Assembly (NCBI GenBank): GCA_902522865.1
Contig: CABYXC010000009.1
Location: 2,007-66,006, forward strand
DNA: 64,000 nt
Direction: 5' to 3'
Source: an uncultured Alphaproteobacteria bacterium
GTDB taxonomy: Bacteria; Pseudomonadota; Alphaproteobacteria; HIMB59; GCA-002718135
The notes below the pieces were generated by a model. It was not told the origin of the DNA. It was given only the letters and a program-made list of their open reading frames with translations, and made no database searches. Below are positions 56,578 through 64,000 of this stretch, piece by piece. Every line of letters starts with the position of its first letter. The stretch's first letter is position 1. The position numbers and the translations under genes are program-made.

Positions 56578-57057
56578 ATGAAAATTGGCAGATACAAATA
56601 CGAGTTTGATTTCTTTAGCTGGATCAAAAAAACTGAGCTAGTTGAACTAGATGGTGTTAATCCGTCTGATGATCCAGTACGCCCTGAACTGGATAATGAC
56701 TTTCGTACCTCAAAAGGAAGAAAAATATTTGGCCTCAAATATAAAGATGATATTGAAGGTATTGCCTGCTTTGCCTTTACAAATGAAATACCTGCAACCA
56801 TTAAAGAAATGGATTTAATGAGTGTTGAAGAAGATCAAGCAACCATTCCAATTGCCTATACGTTATGGTCTTTTAAAAAAGGGGCAGGGAAAAAAATTAT
56901 GAAAGAATTACAAAAATATATTAAATCAAAAGAGCAATTTGAAAGCATCATTACTATTTCGCCTTTAACTCCCGTTGCTACACACTATCATATTCGTAAT
57001 GGTGCCAGATTAATTAAGATTAACCCTACAACGCAGAACTTCGAATATAAAATTTAA
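56578..57057 (+). CDS. hypothetical protein, possibly GNAT-fold acetyltransferase
   Basis: Coding-like 159-aa ORF. WSFKKGAGKKIMKEL resembles the GNAT motif A (Q/R-x-x-G-x-G/A). No other recognisable motif. Confidence 0.4.
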   Translation: MKIGRYKYEFDFFSWIKKTELVELDGVNPSDDPVRPELDNDFRTSKGRKIFGLKYKDDIEGIACFAFTNEIPATIKEMDLMSVEEDQATIPIAYTLWSFKKGAGKKIMKELQKYIKSKEQFESIITISPLTPVATHYHIRNGARLIKINPTTQNFEYKI

Positions 57058-57129
57058 GACGTAGGGGTTCAAAAAGTATTATTTGAACTATTTATTTTAC
57101 AAATCGAAACAAAATAAATATTGTTGGAA

Positions 57130-58236
57130 ATGGCCTACCAGATAAATACCAATTATTCCGTTACTTTTGATGATGTTCTGCTCTCACCAGCGTATTCAGA
57201 GATCAAACCAAAAGATGTAGATACATCGATTACCATTGGAAAAGTCAAATTGCATATTCCCATACTCTCCGCTGCTATGGATACCGTGACAGAGAATAAA
57301 ATGGCAATCAATCTCGCACTACATGGTGGTCTAGGTGTTATTCACCGTAATATGCCAATTGATAAACAAGCAAGCGAAGTAAAAAAAGTTCATAGCTTTA
57401 AAGTGAACGCTAAAAAATTTCAAAATGCTGTAATTAATTCTAATGGACAGATTGCGGTGGGGGCTGCAATTGGTGTTGAAAATAATGCGTACTTACGACT
57501 ATTAGAATTATTAAAATTTGGTGTTGATATAGTCTTTATTGATGTTGCTCATGCACATACGAAAACGACTTTACAATTTATTGAAAAAGCAAAAAAAGTT
57601 TTAAAGAAAACACCTCTCATAGTTGGAAACATTGCTACAAAAAAAGCTGCATCAGATTTAATTAGTGCTGGTGTAGATGCTATTAAAGTAGGTATTGGGC
57701 CAGGATCTATTTGTACAACTAGGGTTATAACTGGTGTTGGTATTCCTCAACTCTCCGCTGTAATGGAAACATTTCAAGTTGCCAAAAAATTTAAAATTCC
57801 TGTAATTGCAGATGGAGGAATAAAAACTTCCGGCGATATTGCAAAAGCTATAGCAGGCGGTGCAAGTGCTTGCATGATAGGGTCTTTATTTGCTGGCACT
57901 GAAGAATCACCAGGAAAATTATTAACGATTAAAGGCAAAAAATTTAAATCCTATAGAGGTATGGGTTCAGTAGGAGCAATGCAAAAAGGGTCTTTTGATC
58001 GATACTCCCAAGAAGAAACAAAGAATGCCAAAAAATTAGTGGCAGAAGGTGTGGAAGGGATGGTTCCATATAAAGGTAAAATAGAAGATGTAGCGTATCA
58101 ACTTGTTGGTGGCTTAAGATCTTCTATGGGGTACACTGGTCATAAAACGATTAAGAAAATGCAAGGCAATTGTAAATTTGTGTTTATTTCTAAAGCAGGA
58201 GCCCGCGAAAGTAATGTCCACGATGTCATTATGTAA
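57130..58236 (+). CDS. guaB: IMP dehydrogenase lacking the CBS/Bateman subdomain
   Basis: [28 protein letters not shown], catalytic loop [54 protein letters not shown]. About 20 residues stand where the roughly 120-aa CBS pair normally sits. ATG at 57130 is preferred over the TTG at 57121. Confidence 0.85.
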   Translation: MAYQINTNYSVTFDDVLLSPAYSEIKPKDVDTSITIGKVKLHIPILSAAMDTVTENKMAINLALHGGLGVIHRNMPIDKQASEVKKVHSFKVNAKKFQNAVINSNGQIAVGAAIGVENNAYLRLLELLKFGVDIVFIDVAHAHTKTTLQFIEKAKKVLKKTPLIVGNIATKKAASDLISAGVDAIKVGIGPGSICTTRVITGVGIPQLSAVMETFQVAKKFKIPVIADGGIKTSGDIAKAIAGGASACMIGSLFAGTEESPGKLLTIKGKKFKSYRGMGSVGAMQKGSFDRYSQEETKNAKKLVAEGVEGMVPYKGKIEDVAYQLVGGLRSSMGYTGHKTIKKMQGNCKFVFISKAGARESNVHDVIM

Positions 58237-58278
58237 TAATGTATCGAATCATCATTGAATTGATACAATAAAACAAAA

Positions 58279-58770
58279 ATGGCCTCAGCATCAACAAAAC
58301 ATAAGGTAGCAATTGTGATGGGAAGTAAGTCTGATTATGCTACCATGAAAAATTGTGAAAAAATTTTAAGATTACTGAAAGTAAAGTTTGAAACGAAAAT
58401 TGTTTCTGCACACCGTACACCAGAGAGAATGTTTAAATTTGCCAAAGCAGCGGAAGATAATAATTTTTCTGTCATTATTGCCGGCGCAGGAGGCTCTGCA
58501 CATTTACCAGGGATGATTGCATCATTAACAACTATACCTGTGATCGGTGTACCAGTGGAAAGTCGTAAATTAAAGGGATTGGATAGTTTGTTATCTATAG
58601 TACAAATGCCAAAAGGTATTCCTGTTGGTAGTGTTGCAATTGGCGAAGATGGAGCAATGAATGCTGGTTTATATGCAGCTTCCATTATTGCTCTTACGGA
58701 TAAAGAAACTAAGAAAAATTTAAAAAATTATCGAAGTAAACAATCAAAAGCTGTTAAACAAAAACCATAA
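58279..58770 (+). CDS. purE: N5-carboxyaminoimidazole ribonucleotide mutase
   Basis: VAIVMGSKSDYATM, SAHRTP, AGGSAHLPGM. Confidence 0.9.
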   Translation: MASASTKHKVAIVMGSKSDYATMKNCEKILRLLKVKFETKIVSAHRTPERMFKFAKAAEDNNFSVIIAGAGGSAHLPGMIASLTTIPVIGVPVESRKLKGLDSLLSIVQMPKGIPVGSVAIGEDGAMNAGLYAASIIALTDKETKKNLKNYRSKQSKAVKQKP

Positions 58771-58773
58771 GTC

Positions 58774-59817
58774 ATGAATACACCCACACTTGGCATTATC
58801 GGTGGTGGACAATTAGGAAGTCTTTTAGCAGATGCAGCAAAAAAAATAGATATACAAACCGTCATATTAAGTGATGATCCTGATGCGCCCGGGAAACACT
58901 TTGCGACTAAATTTATTTTTGGTCAGTATGATGATGATACAGCAATAAATAATTTTATTAATGCAGTTGATCTTGTTACATATGAATTTGAAAATATTCC
59001 CTTTGCAATACTAAAAAAGATTAATGAAAAGAAACAAGTTTTACCTAAACCAGAAATTAATCGACTCATTCAACACCGGGAAACAGAAAAAAAATTTCTC
59101 AATGATAATAATATAACAACAACAAAATATGTAACTGTTAAAAATGAAAAGGATTTGAGTGAAAATGTAGACTTGCTTCCTGGTTTGTTAAAAACAACAA
59201 CATTAGGATACGATGGCAAAGGTCAATATAAATTACATACTGTAGATGATATTACGGACGAAATTGATTTTACAAAAGAATACATATTAGAAAAACTCAT
59301 TCATCTTAAAAAAGAAATTTCAGTCGTCATTACTCGTTATGATCAAAATAGTTATGAGATCTATGACCCTATTGAAAATGTTCATGAAGAACAAATTTTA
59401 AAATATTCAACAATACCAAGTGATATTTCTGATAACATACGAAAAAAATCGATTGAGTGGGCTAAACACGTTGTAGAAAAACTAGATTATATTGGAACGT
59501 TATGTGTAGAATTTTTTATTGATACTGATGATACTTTATATGCTAACGAAATTGCTCCTCGTGTTCATAATTCTGGGCATTTGACAATGAACTCACATAA
59601 TATTAGTCAATTTGAAAATCATGTACGAGCAGTATGTGGCTTAGAAAAGATAGAAACAAAAAAATTATATAATGCCAAAATGATTAATTTAATTGGTGAT
59701 GAGATATCACCGTACCGAAATAAAACATTTAAGGATAACGAATTTTTTTATGATTATTTAAAAACAGAAATTAAACAAAAAAGAAAAATGGGTCATTTAA
59801 CGATTATAGAAAAATAA
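58774..59817 (+). CDS. purK: N5-carboxyaminoimidazole ribonucleotide synthase (ATP-grasp)
   Basis: LGIIGGGQLG, YEFENIP, GYDGKGQ, NEIAPRVHNSGH, MGHLT. Confidence 0.85.
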   Translation: MNTPTLGIIGGGQLGSLLADAAKKIDIQTVILSDDPDAPGKHFATKFIFGQYDDDTAINNFINAVDLVTYEFENIPFAILKKINEKKQVLPKPEINRLIQHRETEKKFLNDNNITTTKYVTVKNEKDLSENVDLLPGLLKTTTLGYDGKGQYKLHTVDDITDEIDFTKEYILEKLIHLKKEISVVITRYDQNSYEIYDPIENVHEEQILKYSTIPSDISDNIRKKSIEWAKHVVEKLDYIGTLCVEFFIDTDDTLYANEIAPRVHNSGHLTMNSHNISQFENHVRAVCGLEKIETKKLYNAKMINLIGDEISPYRNKTFKDNEFFYDYLKTEIKQKRKMGHLTIIEK

Positions 59818-59827
59818 ATTATTAACT

Positions 59828-60724
59828 TTAATTAAATTGATCAGTTAACTTTGTTACCAGTTGATATTTATTGGCGACATTTACTAAATCTTCTCCTTCA
59901 CGAAAAGATTGTTTATCTAATTGTTTAGTTGGATCTCCTCCAGGCCATATTCGCCAACTATCATTATCAACGACATCAGATAAAACTAACGAATTATCCG
60001 ATACTTTAAAACCAAGCTCAAACTTAATATCAACTAAATGTATAGGACCATCAATTGTCTTAATAGTTTTCCATTTGTCTTCAATAAGCTCAAAACTTGG
60101 AAGAATAATTTTATTAATAGCTATTTCTAATTCTTGATCAGACAATAATTTTTTGGTTTTCATCAAGCTTTTGCTTGTTATAGGTTGTTTGGCAGAAAAT
60201 AACTCCCATTCTTCTCCAGTTTTAACAAAAGGATCCGTAAATACACCCTCTTCCCATTTTCCTTCTTTTAAAAATTGTCTTCTCGCTTCACTCTCATCCA
60301 TTTGAACAGGTTCTGCAACATGTGGAGGGATAACAACCGCTTGTTTATGAAATATTTCCCAAACTAAGCTTTCAAATTGATGAGGATTGCTTTTATCTTT
60401 TTCAAATTGAGTGTTTCTACTTAAATAACTTCCCCATGCATAGCGTCTAACTACAAATTCTAAAGGAAGCATATTACAGTTGTAACTTAAAAGACTGTTT
60501 GGCGAATCTTGTTCAATAAATGATGTTGCAATACCTGCATTCGTTAGCATATTAAACACATTACTTGTTTGTTTTGTCTTTTGTATTCCAATATCTTTAA
60601 TTTCCTCTTTCTTCGCTGCATCCCCACCTGTTAAAAAATCTTTTGTTACAATTCGAATGATATTTTGATCATTTGTTTTCTCAATAATTTTTGTTTTTCC
60701 TTCAACTAAAAAAGAATTACTCAT
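59828..60724 (-). CDS. purC: SAICAR synthetase (long, PAICS-like form)
   Basis: EGKTKII, PLEFVVRRYAWGSYLSR, VDIKFELG. ATG at 60724 (MSNSFLVEGKTK) is preferred over 60766, which would overlap purD by 50 nt. Confidence 0.8.
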   Translation of the reverse strand: MSNSFLVEGKTKIIEKTNDQNIIRIVTKDFLTGGDAAKKEEIKDIGIQKTKQTSNVFNMLTNAGIATSFIEQDSPNSLLSYNCNMLPLEFVVRRYAWGSYLSRNTQFEKDKSNPHQFESLVWEIFHKQAVVIPPHVAEPVQMDESEARRQFLKEGKWEEGVFTDPFVKTGEEWELFSAKQPITSKSLMKTKKLLSDQELEIAINKIILPSFELIEDKWKTIKTIDGPIHLVDIKFELGFKVSDNSLVLSDVVDNDSWRIWPGGDPTKQLDKQSFREGEDLVNVANKYQLVTKLTDQFN

Positions 60725-61994
60725 CAATATATCTCCAACCAATATCTTTTCGATAATATCCCTCATCCCAATTAATTTGATTAATTATATTGTGAATATT
60801 TTCTCTAATAGTTTTTAAATCCTTACCCGTATTAGAGATATTTAAAACACGCCCACCATTAGAGAGCCATTTGTTTTCTTTAAGCATTGTTCCTGCATGA
60901 AATAGATAGTCATCTGTTGTTAAAGTAAGATTTTCCAAATTATTAATGGGTATTAATTTTTTATAATCCTCAGGATAACCATGAGCAGCCATTACTACTG
61001 TCATAGCGTAATCATTTTTCCACTTAATTTTTTTTATTTCATTTAAGGTGCCTATCGCTGATGCATGAAGGAGTTCTAATAAATCTGTTTCTAATAGTGG
61101 AATAATTGCTTGTGTTTCAGGATCACCGAAACGAACATTAATTTCGAGTAAATTTGGACCCTTATCTGTTAGAATTAATCCTGCATAAAACATTCCTTGA
61201 TACTTGATGCCTTGTTCAGCAAGATGTTGAACAATAGGTTCAACAAATGTTTTGGATAATTCATTCATTTTATTTGAAGAAATAGAAGGAACAGGTGTGT
61301 AAGCTCCCATACCACCAGTATTTAATCCTTTTTCTCCTTCTAAGATTTTTTTATGATCTTGTGCTGTTGTAAGTGGCAACACAAATCCGTTTTTATCAAC
61401 AAGTGAAAATAGGCTTACCTCTTCACCAACTAAAAATTCTTCAATAACAACAACTGAACCAGCATCACCAAAAGAATTATCTTTAAAACATTTAATCAGT
61501 GCATCTTTTGCATCTTCCATTGTTTGACAAATAATAACTCCTTTTCCTGCTGCTAAACCATCAGCTTTAATTACAAGAGGATAGGATTGGTTTTGACAAA
61601 AAATGAAGGCTTCATCATAGTTGTCAAATACGTCATAGGCAGCTGTTGCAATATTTAAATTTTTACAAATATCTTTTGTAAACTTTTTTGATTTTTCTAG
61701 CTCAGCTCCCATTTGATCAGGACCAAAAACTAATATAGAATTGTTCATTAAAAGGTTGGATAATCCTTTAGTTAAAGGTAGTTCTGGACCTATCACCACA
61801 AGATCAATTTTACTTTCAAGACAAAATTGAAGAATAGCATCATGATCATTAACATCTGTGATAATCGAAGAAGCAATTTCACTGATACTATCACTTCCAG
61901 GAATACAATATAAATTAGAACAATTAGGAGATTGTTTTATGCCATAACATAATGCGTGTTCTCTTCCACCATTACCAATGACAAGAACGTTCAT
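60717..61994 (-). CDS. purD: phosphoribosylamine-glycine ligase
   Basis: MNVLVIGNGGREHAL, ADGLAAGKGV, EEFLVGEEVS, NVRFGDPE, GGRVL. Confidence 0.9.
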   Translation of the reverse strand: MNVLVIGNGGREHALCYGIKQSPNCSNLYCIPGSDSISEIASSIITDVNDHDAILQFCLESKIDLVVIGPELPLTKGLSNLLMNNSILVFGPDQMGAELEKSKKFTKDICKNLNIATAAYDVFDNYDEAFIFCQNQSYPLVIKADGLAAGKGVIICQTMEDAKDALIKCFKDNSFGDAGSVVVIEEFLVGEEVSLFSLVDKNGFVLPLTTAQDHKKILEGEKGLNTGGMGAYTPVPSISSNKMNELSKTFVEPIVQHLAEQGIKYQGMFYAGLILTDKGPNLLEINVRFGDPETQAIIPLLETDLLELLHASAIGTLNEIKKIKWKNDYAMTVVMAAHGYPEDYKKLIPINNLENLTLTTDDYLFHAGTMLKENKWLSNGGRVLNISNTGKDLKTIRENIHNIINQINWDEGYYRKDIGWRYIDE

Positions 61995-62014
61995 GAAAAA
62001 AAATAATTCATTAA

Positions 62015-63502
62015 TTAATTATTTGAAGCAAGACTTAAAAATGAAAGTTTTTTTAAGCTTTCGTCATTCAAGTAATCTAAAGGTCTGATTGGATATTCTC
62101 CTGTAAAATAATGATCAGTAAATTGAGGATTATCATTATCTCTCTGATCGTAACCAAGAGCTTGATACAGACCATCTAATGATAAAAATTTTAATGATTT
62201 AGCTCCAATATATTTACACATTTCCTCTAAATTTTTGTTTGCAGCCAATAACTCTTCTTGAGTGGGGGTATCAACTCCGTAAAAGTCAGGATATTTAATT
62301 GCAGGTGAAGCAATACGCATATGGACTTCTTTTGCGCCAAAATCATAAAGCATTTTTATTATCTTAGTGGATGTTGTTCCTCGAACCAATGAGTCGTCAA
62401 TTAAAACAACTTTCTTTTTCTTAATAGAACTTTGGTTAGGATTTAGTTTTAACTTTACACCTAAACTTCTAATTTGCTGAGTTGGCTCAATAAATGTCCT
62501 CCCCACATAATGATTTCGTATTAATCCTAACTCAAAAGGAATACCAGACTCTTGACTAAAACCAAGCGCAGCAGGAACACCAGAGTCTGGAACTGGTACG
62601 ACTACATCAGGTTTTATTTCGGTTTCTTTTGCTAAGTACGTGCCTAAATTTTTTCTATATTCATAGGCGGTTTTATTTTTTAAAATACTATCTGGCCGTG
62701 AAAAATAAATATATTCAAATACACATGGTTTGATTTGTTTTTTTGGAAAAGGTCGTCTACTTTCAACTTTATTATCTTTTATAACTACAACTTCTCCATT
62801 TTCAATTTCACGGATAAATTTTGCACCTATAATGTCTAGCGCGCAAGTTTCAGAGGCAAGAATAAATGCATTTTTAAATTTACCTAAAACAAGTGGTCGA
62901 ATACCTAATGGATCTCTTGCTCCAATCAACGTACCATTAGCAATAATTGATAAAGCATAACCACCTTGAATTTGCATTAAAGCATCAATAATTTTATTTA
63001 AAATATCTTTCTTTTTTGAACGAGCTACAAGCTGAACAATTGTTTCAGTATCTGATGTTGTTTGAAATATTGCACCTTCACGTACCATTTGCTCTCTTAA
63101 AAGAAGTGCATTAGTTAAATTACCATTATGAGCAATACTAATAGCTCCACCGTGCAGGTCAGCATAAAAAGGTTGTATATTCCTTATTGTTTCACCGCCC
63201 GTTGTTGAATAACGATTGTGTCCTATCGCAATTTTTCCCTTTAACTTGTCTAATGAGTGTTTCTTCGTAAAATTATCGCCAACCAATCCAAATTTTCTTT
63301 CTGAGTGATAGGAGTTTCCATCAAAACTTACAATTCCACAACCTTCTTGACCACGATGTTGCAACGCATGCAAACCAAGAGCTGTTAAGGCAGCAGCATC
63401 CTTGGTTCCACTTATTCCAAAAACTCCACACTCCTCATTAAATCTTGGAACATGAGATTGCCTTATCTCAAATTTTTTTAGAAAATTTTGCCGATTTTTC
63501 AT
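62015..63502 (-). CDS. purF: amidophosphoribosyltransferase
   Basis: Ntn Cys in ECGVFGI, RGQEG, HNRYST, HNGNL, the PRT motif VVLIDDSLVRGTT. Confidence 0.9.
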   Translation of the reverse strand: MKNRQNFLKKFEIRQSHVPRFNEECGVFGISGTKDAAALTALGLHALQHRGQEGCGIVSFDGNSYHSERKFGLVGDNFTKKHSLDKLKGKIAIGHNRYSTTGGETIRNIQPFYADLHGGAISIAHNGNLTNALLLREQMVREGAIFQTTSDTETIVQLVARSKKKDILNKIIDALMQIQGGYALSIIANGTLIGARDPLGIRPLVLGKFKNAFILASETCALDIIGAKFIREIENGEVVVIKDNKVESRRPFPKKQIKPCVFEYIYFSRPDSILKNKTAYEYRKNLGTYLAKETEIKPDVVVPVPDSGVPAALGFSQESGIPFELGLIRNHYVGRTFIEPTQQIRSLGVKLKLNPNQSSIKKKKVVLIDDSLVRGTTSTKIIKMLYDFGAKEVHMRIASPAIKYPDFYGVDTPTQEELLAANKNLEEMCKYIGAKSLKFLSLDGLYQALGYDQRDNDNPQFTDHYFTGEYPIRPLDYLNDESLKKLSFLSLASNN

Positions 63503-63503
63503 C

Positions 63504-64000
63504 TTACTGTTGTCTTGTTAAAAGTGTTTTTGCAACCATCTGTAATGCTCTTGGATAAACCTTATGCTCTTCTATCAATATTTTCTTTGAGAGTGATTCG
63601 GTATTATCTTTCTTCAAAATCTTTACTTTTTTTTGCAAAATAATCTTTCCAGAGTCAATTTTAGCGCTTACGTAATGAACACTACAACCAGAATAGCTCG
63701 CTTTAGCCTTTATGGCCTGATCCTGAGCATTTAAGCCTTTGAAAGCTGGAAGATAAGATGGATGAATATTGATTAATCGCGATCGCCACTGCCTGACAAA
63801 TTTTGAGTCTAAAACTTGCATAAAACCAGCTAAACAAATGATATCTATATTTTTTAGATACTTCATGACTTTGCTTTCAAAATTTTTTCTTGGAATAAAA
63901 TGTATGAATGGAATTTTATTTTTTTTGGCAATAGTTAAACCTTTTGCTTTGGAATTATTAGAGACGACTAATTGAACCTCTACTAAACTTTGCTTTTTAA
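63504..64000 (-). CDS. purN: phosphoribosylglycinamide formyltransferase (5' end outside window)
   Basis: LAGFMQVL, INIHPSYLPAFKG, GCSVHYV. The frame stays open upstream of the ORF-track ATG to the window edge (…VQLVVSNNSKAKGLTIAKKNKIPF…), matching the PurN N-domain. Confidence 0.85.
   Translation of the reverse strand, partial: KKQSLVEVQLVVSNNSKAKGLTIAKKNKIPFIHFIPRKNFESKVMKYLKNIDIICLAGFMQVLDSKFVRQWRSRLINIHPSYLPAFKGLNAQDQAIKAKASYSGCSVHYVSAKIDSGKIILQKKVKILKKDNTESLSKKILIEEHKVYPRALQMVAKTLLTRQQ

Noticed and set aside
56574-56801. A 75-aa minus-strand ORF overlapping the start of the 159-aa plus-strand ORF.
   Set aside because: The translation is Ser/Leu/Pro-rich and low-complexity. It would run into the leader region without a start context. 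The plus-strand ORF has more protein-like composition and a GNAT-like motif.
57067-57098. A hairpin, GTTCAAA-N8-TTTGAAC, followed by a T-rich tract after the 159-aa ORF, as a possible terminator or purine-related leader for guaB.
   Set aside because: The stem is 7 bp and almost all A/T, so it is weak. The interval is too short (72 nt) and lacks purine-riboswitch features. Left unannotated.
1-64000. tRNA, rRNA, CRISPR arrays, integrases or transposases, prophage genes and insertion-sequence ends.
   Set aside because: Only two intergenic gaps exceed about 150 nt (36629-36880, 56200-56577), and neither shows a cloverleaf-like T-arm or anticodon structure. No regularly spaced short repeats were seen, and no ORF has recombinase motifs.

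Overview
AT-rich, very tightly packed chromosome segment. Many gene junctions are 0-10 nt or overlap, and no transcription factor, tRNA, rRNA, CRISPR array, integrase or transposase is recognisable anywhere. A clear CcrM orthologue plus the ispE/TPR/UDG/slt/moaB/rnhB/ccrM neighbourhood point to a streamlined, probably marine, alphaproteobacterium (inference). The window has four parts. (1) nt 1-30860 is an accessory-looking catabolic island. It holds an Opp/Dpp-type ABC importer whose binding protein looks circularly permuted, translationally coupled to nanA-nanE-nanK. It also holds a block of PhyH dioxygenases, divergent PanB-like proteins, aminotransferases and an MlrC-like peptidase. Further on come two signal-less BNR/Asp-box propellers flanking an MFS transporter, a NagA-like deacetylase, and a sugar-acid module (SDR x3, Gfo/Idh/MocA x2, HpcH and RraA aldolases, a D-Ser-dehydratase-like enzyme, RidA). 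(2) nt 30854-37951 is housekeeping: ispE, TPR protein, family-4 UDG, Slt, moaB, rnhB and ccrM, with a GANTC cluster in the ccrM promoter. (3) nt 37948-54739 is the stand-out feature, one minus-strand operon. It encodes three tandem giant two-partner-secretion exoproteins (about 1391, 1240 and 1776 aa) with conserved ends and variable FG-GAP-like repeat cores. These are followed by a single ShlB/FhaC-type TpsB, an orphan type-1 periplasmic binding protein and a secreted histidine phosphatase. (4) nt 54886-64000 holds a MATE exporter preceded by a terminator-containing leader with a 6-codon uORF, a Bateman-domain-less guaB, and the purine genes purE, purK, purC, purD, purF and purN (partial). 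All family assignments rest on motifs read by eye from the translations; no database search was run.
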